Source: an uncultured delta proteobacterium
Lineage (GTDB): Bacteria; Myxococcota_A; Polyangia; Fen-1088
Direction: 5' to 3'
Length of the DNA: 64,000 bases
NCBI GenBank assembly: GCA_963767925.1
Contig: CAVYGB010000008.1
Location: 1,856,001 to 1,920,000 of the forward strand
The notes under the pieces were generated by a model. It was not told where the DNA came from. It saw only the letters and a list, made by a program, of their open reading frames with translations, and did no database searches. This document shows, piece by piece, positions 26,321-36,919 of this stretch. Each line of letters opens with the position of its first letter. Position 1 is the stretch's first letter. Both the position numbers and the translations under genes were made by a program.

Positions 26321-28162
26321 TCAGCCCTCTTGCAGCTCGGCGAAGAAGTCGGCGTCGACGAAGTCCACGCTGACCATGGTGTTGATGACGCCGACACCGT
26401 GGCGGATACAGGTCTCGGCCATGGCGGCGCCGTCGGCGACTTCGAGCGGGGGACCCGGCTGCTTCCACTCCGCGATGGCGTCTTCCGCCAGGCGGCCGGC
26501 CAGCAAGAGGACGCCCTCGTCCTGATTGCGCGCCCGGATGCCCGCGCGGAGCTCGCCGATCGCCCGCCGGCCCGCCGAAGCGGTGCCCGAGCGCAGGGCG
26601 ATCAGACAACGGGACGGACGGGCCCCCCGACCGCGCAAGGCCTCGAGGTAGATCGTCCCCTCGACCCGCTTGACGAAGGTGGCCGGGCCGAAGCCCTCCC
26701 GCTGCAGCAGCACCCGGGCGATGGCCTCGAAGGCCGCCGGGGTCAGCTCCGCCAGACGCAGCTCGAGCGCGGCGAGCGTCCGTTCGCGCAGGGCACGGCG
26801 CGCCTCCCCGAAGACGTGTTCGGCGCGCTCGAGGTCGAGATCGGGCGGCCGGCGCGCCAGGGCGAACAGGCCGCTGCCTGCTGCCCGCACGCGCGGGCGG
26901 AGCCCGGCCCGCAGGCGCTCACGCGGCTCGGCGGCGAGCGCCGCCCGCATCACGCGCCAGGCCTCGCTCGGCTCACCGTGGACCAGCCGCCGGCGGGTGC
27001 CGGCGTCGGCGAGCTGACGGACGTGCATGCCCCGACCGGGGGCCTGCCCCCGCAGGATCTCGATGGCGGCATCGAGGGGCGACATGATCCGGCGGCCAGC
27101 GCCCGAGTCGGCCTCCCCGCCTCCCCCGGGCGGCGATCCGCCGCCCTCGCTGGGACTTTCGGGTGGCGGGAGCGCGGTGCCCTCTTCGGCCTCCACCGCG
27201 GTCTCACCCCCGGCGGCCTCTCCCACCATCATCCCCGACTCGTCGCCGAAGCCGTCACCGGCACCCCGCCGGCGCCGGCGGCGCCGACGCCTCCGACCGG
27301 AAGGCCCTTCTTCGAAACCAGCCCCGGCTCCGCCACCGGGCGACGCAGCAGGTCGGGCGGCGAGATCGTCGGCGTCGCCCGCCTCGTCCTCGTCGTCCTC
27401 GTCGGAGTCGCCCTGGGCCGGCTTGGCCTCGCCCTCGTCGCCCTCTGGCTTCCCGAACGCCCCGGCGGCGAGCCCGTCGCCCTCCGCCCCGGCTGGATCG
27501 GACGCCCCTCCGGCGACCTCGGCGGCCTCGTCATCCGACTCCTCGGACTCTTCCGACTCGTCCTCGTCACCGTCGATCTCGTCGTCGCCTTCGAGGACGC
27601 CGGACTCGGCGAGCGCGGCGGCCCGCGCCTCGGGCGACAGGGTGTCGATGGCAAGCTCGTCCGGACCTTCGGCCGGGTTGTCGTCATCCTCTGCCATGGT
27701 CACCTCGTGAGCTGCGCCCCCAGCAGGGCTGACCGCGGCGCCGTTTTCCGTGACGAGGGCAGACCTGCCCTCTTCGCGCCGGCCGCGTCCTCGACCACCC
27801 CTTCGGCGACGACGGCCCCGACCCTCCGTGGCGGAGTCGGAGGCGGCGGCCGTCGATGCTCGGGCCCGCTCCGGCCGCTCCGGCCGCTCCGCCGGGCTGG
27901 CGACGGCCCGCGGGGGAGGCTCGGTCTCGGGCATGGCCTCGGGGTAGCGCAGGAGCCCGAACGTTCCAGGTTTCACTCGCACGAAAGGGTTGCCGGGAGC
28001 CTTCTTCACCGCCGCGGTAAGCTGGGTCTGCATGGTGACCTCGGGGGTGCGCCCCACGAAGGTCAGCAACTTCCGGTCCATCGCCTTCTGGGTGATGTCT
28101 TTGTAATGCAGAGGCTTGCGCTCGCGGCGGAGGATCTCCAGAGCGGCTTCGAGAAACGTCAT
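26321..28162 (-). CDS. Protein with two HARE-HTH domains, a long disordered linker and a degenerate Mrr-like nuclease domain
   Basis: MTFLEAALEILRRERKPLHYKDIT...GRTPEVTM and MSPLDAAIEILRG...MHVRQLA winged-helix repeats; C-terminal AAFEAIARVLLQREGF...EVADG...HGVGV Mrr_cat-like. Confidence 0.8.
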   Translation of the reverse strand: MTFLEAALEILRRERKPLHYKDITQKAMDRKLLTFVGRTPEVTMQTQLTAAVKKAPGNPFVRVKPGTFGLLRYPEAMPETEPPPRAVASPAERPERPERARASTAAASDSATEGRGRRRRRGGRGRGRREEGRSALVTENGAAVSPAGGAAHEVTMAEDDDNPAEGPDELAIDTLSPEARAAALAESGVLEGDDEIDGDEDESEESEESDDEAAEVAGGASDPAGAEGDGLAAGAFGKPEGDEGEAKPAQGDSDEDDEDEAGDADDLAARPAASPGGGAGAGFEEGPSGRRRRRRRRRRGAGDGFGDESGMMVGEAAGGETAVEAEEGTALPPPESPSEGGGSPPGGGGEADSGAGRRIMSPLDAAIEILRGQAPGRGMHVRQLADAGTRRRLVHGEPSEAWRVMRAALAAEPRERLRAGLRPRVRAAGSGLFALARRPPDLDLERAEHVFGEARRALRERTLAALELRLAELTPAAFEAIARVLLQREGFGPATFVKRVEGTIYLEALRGRGARPSRCLIALRSGTASAGRRAIGELRAGIRARNQDEGVLLLAGRLAEDAIAEWKQPGPPLEVADGAAMAETCIRHGVGVINTMVSVDFVDADFFAELQEG

Positions 28163-28309
28163 TGCGCCAAAGCTTTACCACAAAGACCCCACTTCGCGTG
28201 GTCCTGATCGCGCCCGGAGGACCTCCCCGCGCGCGAGGTCCCGCGGGAACGAACGGCGCCGGAGCTCGGTTTTTTTGACGATGTGCGAGCTAGGGGATAC
28301 CGGTGAGAT

Positions 28310-29314
28310 ATGAGCGGGAGCCAGCAGCGCATCGGGGTGCTCGTCGACGGCCTCAGCCGACCTCGGGAGTTCGCGTTTCGGTCGGGCGAGGCGATCATCG
28401 ACGCCCTCAAGGAGGCGGGGCACGACGCGCGACCGGTCTTCGTCGACCGGGACCTCGACCTCGCGCTCCGGCAGGGCCGGTTCGACGTCGCCTTTTTGGC
28501 TACACGGGGACGGTATTCGGCCGACGGGTGTGTGCAGGGACTGCTCGAGATGCTCGGAATCCCCTACACCGGCTCGGGCGTCTTCGCCTCCGCGCTGGCC
28601 ATGAACCGGGTCAAATCCAAGGAGGTCCTCCGCCTCGGCACCCTCCCCACCGCCCCTGGTTACGTGCTCCGATCGGGCACGCGCCGGAGCACCATCGAGC
28701 ACCACGGCGCCTTCGGCTTCCCGGTTGTCGTCTCGCCGGCCGACGCCGGCCTGGCGGTGGGCTCGTCGCTCGCCAAGGACGAGCTGGAGCTGGAGGCCGG
28801 GGTCGAGGAGGCGTTTCGCTACGGTGACGAGGTCCTCGTCGAACGGTTCGTCGACGGTAGGGTCATGGTGGTGGGGATCCTCGATGGCGCCCCCATCGGC
28901 ATCATGGACATCGGACCGGTGGAGAGCTGCCTCGGCGCCGCGGGCGAGGGACCGATTGGCCGCGAGGGCCGCCAGCGGCCCCGCTACCAGGCGGCTCGGC
29001 AGCGGTCGCTCATGCGCCTGGGGGAGATGGCGGCCGAGGCGATCGGCGTGGAGGGGCCGGCCCTCGTCGAGATGGTGGTGAGCGAGCGCTTCAACGAGGT
29101 GGTGGTCGGCATCGATGCCGCGCCCATGCTCACCCCGAACAGCCCCTACGCCCGCCTGGCCGCCGCCGCGGGCCTGGAGTTCAGCGAGCTCATCGAGGAG
29201 ATCCTCCGGGGCGCCCGCCTGCGGGCCCACGGCTGCCGCCGCGAGCGCCGTTCGGGGCGGCTGGCCTTCGAGGGGCCCGAACGCCGCAGCAGCCTGCTGG
29301 CCCTGCCCCACTGA
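28310..29314 (+). CDS. Degenerate D-Ala-D-Ala ligase homologue (probable pseudo-enzyme)
   Basis: RSGEAIIDAL, DGCVQGLLEMLGIPYTGSGVFASALAM, VLVERFVDG conserved; catalytic motifs altered. Confidence 0.8.
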   Translation: MSGSQQRIGVLVDGLSRPREFAFRSGEAIIDALKEAGHDARPVFVDRDLDLALRQGRFDVAFLATRGRYSADGCVQGLLEMLGIPYTGSGVFASALAMNRVKSKEVLRLGTLPTAPGYVLRSGTRRSTIEHHGAFGFPVVVSPADAGLAVGSSLAKDELELEAGVEEAFRYGDEVLVERFVDGRVMVVGILDGAPIGIMDIGPVESCLGAAGEGPIGREGRQRPRYQAARQRSLMRLGEMAAEAIGVEGPALVEMVVSERFNEVVVGIDAAPMLTPNSPYARLAAAAGLEFSELIEEILRGARLRAHGCRRERRSGRLAFEGPERRSSLLALPH

Positions 29315-29360
29315 GCGACTGGGCTGAGCGTCGGACGCCGGCGTCGGCTACGATCCTCCG

Positions 29361-31379
29361 GTGTCGGGGCGGGCGAGGCGGGCGGTGGTCGTGCTGGCGG
29401 GAGCCAGCGCCGGCCTGTGCGTGACCGCCCTGGCGCTCTGGCACCTGGTGGCGGTGCCCTGGGCCGAGCGCAAGCTCGAGGCGGCCATCGGGCACCGGGC
29501 GGTGATGGGCTCGCTCTCCCTCTGGTCGGGGGGGGTTCGCGCCCAGCAAGTGACGATCTTCGGGGTCGAACCGTTCGCCTCGGTCCCGCTCGCGCGCGTG
29601 GCCGAGCTGGAGGTCCGGCTGGGAGGGCCGGGTTACCCGGTGTCCCGGCCGTCCGAGGTCTCTGCCCGCGGTGTCCAGATCACCTACCTCCGCGCCGGCG
29701 CGATCGACAACGTCCGGGGGCGCGCGGGGCGGACGGGGGGACCGTCCCGGGGTGGCGACGGCCCGCGGCCCCGGGTGGTGCTTCGCGATGGGCGCATCGA
29801 GGCCTTCGTCCGCCTGGGTCCGGGATATTCGCTGGTCGCCCGCGGCCGCCGGCTCACGATCGACCGGCCGGCGGAGGGCACGCTGTCCGCGACGCTGGAG
29901 GGGATCTCGGTGGATGTGCCGGGGCTGCTCACCCTGGCCGCCCCCCGCGTCGCCCTGACCTCCCGGGCCGGTCGGCGGAGCGTCCAGGGCGAGAGCATGA
30001 AGGTTGTATTGCCGGGGGGCGGGACCCTGCTCGACCAGCTCGCGCTGGTCGGCCAGATGTCGCCCGAGACCGCCACTCTGTCGCTGCGGAGTGCGGCGCC
30101 GAAGGGGGGCGCCGCTCCGCCCCCGCTGACGGCCAGCTTCGAGCTGCGGGACGGGGCGGCCCACGGCACGCTGGAAATTCCCCTCCTCCCCCTGGCCGCT
30201 CTGCGGCCCGCCCTCCAGAACCTGGGGGTCGAGACGGGCGCGGCCCAGGTGGGGCTCAAGGTGGTCATCGAGGCCCAGCTGGACGGCAAGAGCCAGATCT
30301 GGCTGCAGATGGACGCGGCGGGGCTGGGGCTGGCGCACGCCCGGCTCGACCGAACCTCCTGGGGCGGGCTCGACTTCTCGGTGCGGGGGCAGGCGGCGGT
30401 CGACCCGACCAGCGGGCGCATCGACCTCGAGCCGAGCGCCCTCACCATCCTGGGGCTGCCCCTTTCGGTCAGCGGCTGGAGCGAGCGCCTGCCGCGCTGG
30501 CGCGGCGAATGGAAGATCGAGACCCCGGCCGCCCGCCCTGCGGCCTGCGCCCGGCTGCTCGCCGCCCAGCCCGCGCCCATCCGCCGGGCCCTGGCGGGCA
30601 TGGAGCTGCAGGGCCAGCTCGGCCTGGCGGCCAGCCTCACCTTCGATGCCGCGAGCTGGGAGAGCCTCGGGCTGGCGGTCGAGATCGCTCCCCGCTGCCG
30701 GGTCGAGCGGGAGCCGACCGCCCTGCGGGCGCTGCTGCGGGCGGTGGGCGGTGGCCCCGGACTGCCGGCCTGGCAGGAGCTGCCTCTGAGCAGGGGTCAC
30801 CCCGACTTCGTCCCCCACGACGAGATGCCCCGCCACCTCACGGCCGCCTTCGTCACCGCCGAGGACGGCCGGTTCTTTCAGCACCGGGGCTTCGACCTGG
30901 AGATGATCCGGCGGGCCCTCGCCCACGATCTGGAGATCGGGACGCTGGCTCGAGGGGCCAGCACCATCACCCAGCAGCTGGCCAAGAACCTGTTCCTCGG
31001 GCACGAGCGCACCGTGGGGCGCAAGCTGGCGGAGCTGGTCCTCGGCTGGCGCCTTCACGAGACCCTCGGCAAGCAGGAGCAGCTCGAGCTCTACCTCAAC
31101 GTCATCGAGCTCGGTCCGGGCATCCGGGGGGTCAAGCGGGCGGCCGAGGTCTACTTCGGCAAGCCGGTGGCCAGGCTGACCCCGCTCGAAGCGGCCCACC
31201 TGGCGGCGCTGACGCCCAACCCGCTCGGCTTCGCCCGGCGCTTTCGCGAAGGACGGGTCGACGACGGCTGGCTGCACCGGCTGTACGACCTTCTCGGCAT
31301 GATGAAACGAAGTGGGCGATTGTCGGCGGCTGAGTTAAACTCTGCGCGTCAGTCGCGCCTCACGTTGCGCCGGATCTGA
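29361..31379 (+). CDS. Monofunctional peptidoglycan glycosyltransferase (GT51) with a long beta-rich N-terminal region
   Basis: AEDGRFFQHRGFD, GASTITQQLAKNLFL, RKLAE, LELYLNVIELG; N-terminal TM; no transpeptidase domain. Confidence 0.88.
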   Translation: MSGRARRAVVVLAGASAGLCVTALALWHLVAVPWAERKLEAAIGHRAVMGSLSLWSGGVRAQQVTIFGVEPFASVPLARVAELEVRLGGPGYPVSRPSEVSARGVQITYLRAGAIDNVRGRAGRTGGPSRGGDGPRPRVVLRDGRIEAFVRLGPGYSLVARGRRLTIDRPAEGTLSATLEGISVDVPGLLTLAAPRVALTSRAGRRSVQGESMKVVLPGGGTLLDQLALVGQMSPETATLSLRSAAPKGGAAPPPLTASFELRDGAAHGTLEIPLLPLAALRPALQNLGVETGAAQVGLKVVIEAQLDGKSQIWLQMDAAGLGLAHARLDRTSWGGLDFSVRGQAAVDPTSGRIDLEPSALTILGLPLSVSGWSERLPRWRGEWKIETPAARPAACARLLAAQPAPIRRALAGMELQGQLGLAASLTFDAASWESLGLAVEIAPRCRVEREPTALRALLRAVGGGPGLPAWQELPLSRGHPDFVPHDEMPRHLTAAFVTAEDGRFFQHRGFDLEMIRRALAHDLEIGTLARGASTITQQLAKNLFLGHERTVGRKLAELVLGWRLHETLGKQEQLELYLNVIELGPGIRGVKRAAEVYFGKPVARLTPLEAAHLAALTPNPLGFARRFREGRVDDGWLHRLYDLLGMMKRSGRLSAAELNSARQSRLTLRRI

Positions 31380-31465
31380 ACCGAGGCTCCATCGCCCGGG
31401 CACCTGACCAGCCAGCCCAGCCCCCTCGGAAACGCGCCTCCCACTTCGTATACTTCGATCATCGC

Positions 31466-32052
31466 ATGACGTCCGCATCGTCTCTGGCCATGGCGCGCGA
31501 TCCCCGGACCCGGCGCCGGTTCCTGGCGGTCGCCGCGGGCGCGCTCTGCGTCCTGGCCACCGCCCGGACCGGGCGGGCCTCCCTGGTCCCGGCCCTCGAC
31601 CTGAGCGCGCTCACCGAGAGCGCCGGGCGGGTGGTGGTGGGCGAGGTGCTCTCGGTCCGCAGCCAGTGGGACCAGGCGCGCCGGTACATCTACACGACCG
31701 TCGAGGTCCAGGTGGCCGAGGTCTGGAAGGGCCAGACCCCCGCGAGCGGGCGGCTCCAGGTGGTGCAACCGGGCGGCTCGGTCGGCGACATCGAGATGCG
31801 GGTTCACGGGCTGCGATCGTTCCGGACGGGCGATCGCGCGGTGCTGTTCCTCAGCGCCGGAGCGCCGGCCTGGACGGTCGGTCTCGGGCAAGGTCACCGC
31901 CCCATGCGGTTCGACACCGCCCAGCGGCGCTGGCTGGTCGAGCCCGGCGACCGCTCCGCCGCCGTGAGGTCGCCGGCCGCCCAGAGCGCAGCGACCGATG
32001 GGGTCGCGACGCTGGAAGACCTGCGCCAGCGGGTCCGCGCGCTGGTGCGTCG

Positions 32053-32056
<4 letters not shown>
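31466..32056 (+). CDS. Exported hypothetical protein (possible TIMP/NTR-like OB fold), twin-Arg-like signal
   Basis: TRRRFL plus hydrophobic stretch; AGRVVVGEV...IYTTVEVQVAEVWKG...GG...FRTGDRAVLFL. Confidence 0.7.
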
Positions 32057-33045
<989 letters not shown>

Positions 33046-33053
33046 CTCAGCCG

Positions 33054-35447
33054 TCAGCCGCCCTGGTTCGGCGCGACCGCCGCCCGGACGCCGGGCGCGG
33101 CGCCCCCTTCGAGCGCGCGGTGCAGCTCCATCCGGAAGCTGCGGACCGAAGGCTCGTGCAGGCGGGCAGCGGGGGGCACCTCGATCCAGCGTTCAGCCGG
33201 GGCATAGCCGTCGGCGAAGACCCGGATTCGCCAGCGGCCTGGCAGCAGGCCACGAAGCTCGAACCCGGCCCCCTGCGTCCGGACGTCGACGGCCGAGCGG
33301 CCGTCCGGCCCCTGGGCCTCCAGCCGGTACCCCGAGAGGTACGACCCGGAGGAGCGATCCCGCACTTCACCCTCGATGCCACCGGGCCGGGGAAGCTCGA
33401 CGTAGAGCTCCTGGCCCGGGGTGGCCACCGCCGAGCGGGAGGGCCAGGCCGGGTGGCGGACCTCGACGACGAAGGGCTGGCGCGGGACGCCGGTCAGGCG
33501 GAACCGCCCGGACCGGTCGGTCGAAGAGGCTGCCAGCAGCGGAGCGCGGCCGACGGGACCGGCGGACGCCCCCGCGTCGGGGGTGCCCTGGGTCGAGCGC
33601 AGCGGATAGGCCAGCACACGCGCCGAAGCGGCCGCCCGGCCGTGGGGGTCGCGCACGACCCCGTTGAGGGCGGCGTCGGCGCGCTGGAGCCGCAGCTCGA
33701 TCTCGGCCGGCGGCTGCCCCGGCTCGACCGCGACGGCGTCCCGCACCTCGGGCGCGCGCCGGGAGGCGTGGGCGCTGACGGTGAAGCGCCCCTGGGGCAA
33801 GAACATCTTGAAGGTGCCATCCTCGGCGCTGAGGGTGGCGAACACTGCGTTCCCGGGGACGTCCATCGGTCGGGCCTCGATGCGGGCGCCCCCCAGGGGC
33901 GTGCCGTCCGGGTCCATCACGCGCCCCTGGGTCGGGATGCCCGCCTGCAAGACCAGCCTCCCCAGGTCGACCGTGCGGCCCGGCTCGATGGTGAGGGGGC
34001 TACGCCGGATGGGCAGCCGGGTCGGCGAGGTGAGGTCGAGGCGGAAGCTGCCCGCCGGCAGGTCGGGCAGGAGGAAGCGCCCGTTGCCATCGGTGGCGGT
34101 GGAGCGCAGGAGGCTCTGCCGGTTGAGGGCCTCGGCCGGCAGGTTGGCCGCATCGGCCGCCAGGGGCAGGCTGCCAGAGAGCACCGAGAGGTCCTGGTTG
34201 CCCACGCTCAGCAGGCCCACGCTCACCTCGGCGGCGGCGACCGGCAGCCCGCTCTCGGTGACGGCCTGACCGAGGACCTGCACCGCGCGGGGCAGCCGGA
34301 TCTGCAGGGGCGCGGGCTTGTCGAGACGGAGCTGCACCTCGGCCGGCGCGGTCATGGCGTGGCCCGCCAGCCGCGCCCAGACCTGGTAGCGGGCGGGGAC
34401 AAGGGGCCCAACCGTGAAGCGTCCGTCCTTGTCGGTCTTCACGTTCATGGGCGCGTCGTCACTCGGCGCGGCCACCGGCTCGACGTCGGCGCGAGCCAGG
34501 GGCCGGCCGGTGTCGTCGACAACCCGGCCGCTGAGGGTGACCCCGGGGCCCAGCACCAGCTTGACCGGGGGGATCCAGCCGGTCTCGGCGTCGATGACCA
34601 CGGTCTGAGGCTCCGAGACCCGCTGCCCGATCGAGGCGCGGACGACGAAGCGGCCGAAGCCGAGCCCCTCGAACAGGAAGATCCCCTTGTCGCTGGTGGT
34701 GGCCTCGCGAGGTGTGGAGAGGGCCGGTCCATAGAGCTGCACCCGCGACCCCTGGGTGAAGGCGCCGTCGGCGCCCGCCACGACCCCACCGAGCGTCCGC
34801 ACTTCCCCCTGCAGGCGCAGGACCAGCGGGCGGCTGGGGACGTCCACCCGCTCGAGACGCAGGGTTCCGAAGCCCGGGGCCTCCACCATCAGGGTCCAGG
34901 ATCCGGGCGACAGGCCGGCCAGCGCGAAGCGCCCATCCGACCCACTCGAAGACTCGACGACTCCCACCTGGGCGCCCCCCGCCGGCCAGGCAAAGAGGGC
35001 CGCTTGCGCCAGCGACCGCCCCTGCCCGTCCTGCACGACCCCTTCGAGGAGCTGGATGGAGGCCAGGCGCAGGACGGTGGTCACCGAATCGCTCGGCTGC
35101 AGGGTCACCGGCACGCTGGCCGAGGAGAAGCCCGGGTGCTCGGCCCGCAGCAGGAAGCGGCCCACCGGCAGATCCTCGACAACGAAGGTCCCGTCCCGTC
35201 CGGTCGACACTTCCCGGATCGCCGTCGAGATCCGATCGGGGGAAAGCAGCCGCACGGTCGCCTCGGCCAGTGGCCGACCGTTGGTGCTGACCACCCGGCC
35301 GCGAACACCCGCGCGGACCGGCGGCGCGTCCGATCTCCGGCAGCCGCCGGCGACCAAGGCGAACGACGCAAGCAACGCAAGCAACGCAAGTGAGACCGCT
35401 CCGGCCAGGGGGCCGATCAGGGGGGTGAATCTAGTTGCTCGCTGCAT
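33054..35447 (-). CDS. Lipoprotein with tandem carboxypeptidase-regulatory-like (transthyretin/Cna-B-like) domains
   Basis: Lipobox AGGC; repeated GRVV...GRPLA.A.V...TD.DGRF.L..L.PG.Y/W.V.A..PG units. Confidence 0.85.
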   Translation of the reverse strand: MQRATRFTPLIGPLAGAVSLALLALLASFALVAGGCRRSDAPPVRAGVRGRVVSTNGRPLAEATVRLLSPDRISTAIREVSTGRDGTFVVEDLPVGRFLLRAEHPGFSSASVPVTLQPSDSVTTVLRLASIQLLEGVVQDGQGRSLAQAALFAWPAGGAQVGVVESSSGSDGRFALAGLSPGSWTLMVEAPGFGTLRLERVDVPSRPLVLRLQGEVRTLGGVVAGADGAFTQGSRVQLYGPALSTPREATTSDKGIFLFEGLGFGRFVVRASIGQRVSEPQTVVIDAETGWIPPVKLVLGPGVTLSGRVVDDTGRPLARADVEPVAAPSDDAPMNVKTDKDGRFTVGPLVPARYQVWARLAGHAMTAPAEVQLRLDKPAPLQIRLPRAVQVLGQAVTESGLPVAAAEVSVGLLSVGNQDLSVLSGSLPLAADAANLPAEALNRQSLLRSTATDGNGRFLLPDLPAGSFRLDLTSPTRLPIRRSPLTIEPGRTVDLGRLVLQAGIPTQGRVMDPDGTPLGGARIEARPMDVPGNAVFATLSAEDGTFKMFLPQGRFTVSAHASRRAPEVRDAVAVEPGQPPAEIELRLQRADAALNGVVRDPHGRAAASARVLAYPLRSTQGTPDAGASAGPVGRAPLLAASSTDRSGRFRLTGVPRQPFVVEVRHPAWPSRSAVATPGQELYVELPRPGGIEGEVRDRSSGSYLSGYRLEAQGPDGRSAVDVRTQGAGFELRGLLPGRWRIRVFADGYAPAERWIEVPPAARLHEPSVRSFRMELHRALEGGAAPGVRAAVAPNQGG

Positions 35448-35484
35448 AGCGGGGTGTTAAAGCTACCGCCCTCGGGAGAGACTT

Positions 35485-35676
35485 ATGCCGGCGCAGTGTG
35501 CAATCTGTAGCAAGCATCGTATCGTTAAAAACAAAGTCAGCCATTCGAACCGCAAGACCAAGAGCATCCAGCGCCCGAATCTTCAACGGGTGCATGCGGT
35601 GATTGATGGGACGCGGACGCATGTGCGGGTTTGTACGCGTTGTATTCGGTCCGGCCGAATCGACAAGGTAGCATGA
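35485..35676 (+). CDS. rpmB: 50S ribosomal protein L28 (Zn-ribbon type)
   Basis: CAICSK...NKVSHSNRKTK...PNLQRV...VCTRCIRSG. Confidence 0.96.
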   Translation: MPAQCAICSKHRIVKNKVSHSNRKTKSIQRPNLQRVHAVIDGTRTHVRVCTRCIRSGRIDKVA

Positions 35677-35698
35677 CCATCGGGTAGAACGTTGACCT

Positions 35699-36061
35699 GT
35701 GCCCGAACGAATCGGTCGGCGCCGGCGTCCGACCAACCCGGAGCCCCAGACCGCGGCGTCCCTGCTTCCGCAGGTTGTCGCGCGGCTGGGCGGTAGCGAC
35801 CGGGGCCTCGAGCAGCGGATCTCGCTCGCCTGGAAGGACGCCGTCGGCGAGTCGCTGGCGCGGCGGGCTCGTCCGGAAGCCGTCCGGGGCAAGACCCTCA
35901 TCGTGCGGGTCGAGAGCTCCTCGCTCGCCCACGAGCTCACGCTGCTCAAGCGGCGGGTGCTCGAGCGGCTGAGCGTGGCCCTCGGCGCTCCGCTCATCGA
36001 GGACATGCGCACGCGCACCGGCCCGCTACCGCTGCCCACGCCCCCGCCAGCTAACCGCTAG
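35699..36061 (+). CDS. DUF721/DciA-like protein
   Basis: WKDAVGESLARRARP...LIVRVESSSLAHELTL.K. Confidence 0.85.
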   Translation: MPERIGRRRRPTNPEPQTAASLLPQVVARLGGSDRGLEQRISLAWKDAVGESLARRARPEAVRGKTLIVRVESSSLAHELTLLKRRVLERLSVALGAPLIEDMRTRTGPLPLPTPPPANR

Positions 36062-36106
36062 CGATCGGCTGGCGAGGCGGGTTGCTCCGGGGCCCCGCGG
36101 GCGCGG

Positions 36107-36919
36107 CTAACGCGAGCGGAGGGCGGCGGTAAGACCGCGAACGAAGGCCTCGAGGTCGGGGACCGGATCGCGACCGGCCTTCTGCGCCTCCTCGATGACC
36201 TTTACCGCGGCGGTCCCCACCACCACTCCGTCGGCAAAGGTGGCCACGGCCGCGGCGTCTTCGGGGGTGGAGATGCCGAAGCCGACCGCGATGGGGATGT
36301 TCCCCCCGGTCAGCTCGCGGATCTCCGCCACGTGGCGCCGGGGACCGTCGAGGTTGGCGAGCCGGGCCCCGGTGATGCCGGTGAGGGACATGTAATAGAG
36401 GAAGCCGCTGGCGCTGGCGGCCACCTTGCGCGCGCGGGCGGCGTCCGAGGTGGGGGCCAGCAAGGGGATGAAGTCGAGCCCGTTGCGACCGAGCTCGGAG
36501 ATCAGCTCGGAGCCCTCGTCGGGCGGCCAGTCGACGCACAGGACGCCGTCGGCGCCCGCGGCCGCCGCCGATCGCGCGAAGTCGGCGGGACCGCGGATGA
36601 AGACCGGGTTGGCGTAGCCGAACAGGACCAGCGGCACCCGGCTGTCCTCCGCCCGGACCTGGCGGCACAGCTCCAGCGTGGCCCGCAGCCCGCCCCCGCC
36701 GCGCAGAGCCCGCAACATCGCGGCCTGGATGGCGGGGCCATCGGCCGACGGATCGCTCCAGGGCACGCCGACCTCGAGCACGTCGGCCCCCGCCCGGACC
36801 GCCGCCAGCAACAGCCGGCGAGAGGTCTCGGCGTCGGGGTCGCCGGCGGTCAGGTAGAGGACCAGCGCCGTGCGGCCTTCGCTCCGGGCCCGGGCGAAGG
36901 CCTGAGCCAGGCGGCTCAT
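36107..36919 (-). CDS. trpA: Tryptophan synthase alpha chain
   Basis: MSRLAQAF start overlapping the trpB stop; [41 protein letters not shown]. Confidence 0.97.
   Translation of the reverse strand: MSRLAQAFARARSEGRTALVLYLTAGDPDAETSRRLLLAAVRAGADVLEVGVPWSDPSADGPAIQAAMLRALRGGGGLRATLELCRQVRAEDSRVPLVLFGYANPVFIRGPADFARSAAAAGADGVLCVDWPPDEGSELISELGRNGLDFIPLLAPTSDAARARKVAASASGFLYYMSLTGITGARLANLDGPRRHVAEIRELTGGNIPIAVGFGISTPEDAAAVATFADGVVVGTAAVKVIEEAQKAGRDPVPDLEAFVRGLTAALRSR

Noticed and set aside
26321..28162. Active type IV restriction (Mrr) defence system
   Set aside because: Catalytic residues appear absent, and there are no methylase, defence-island or mobility genes nearby.
35485..35700. Lower-GC patch as possible horizontally acquired DNA
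   Set aside because: It coincides with rpmB, a short ribosomal protein gene; no mobility signatures.
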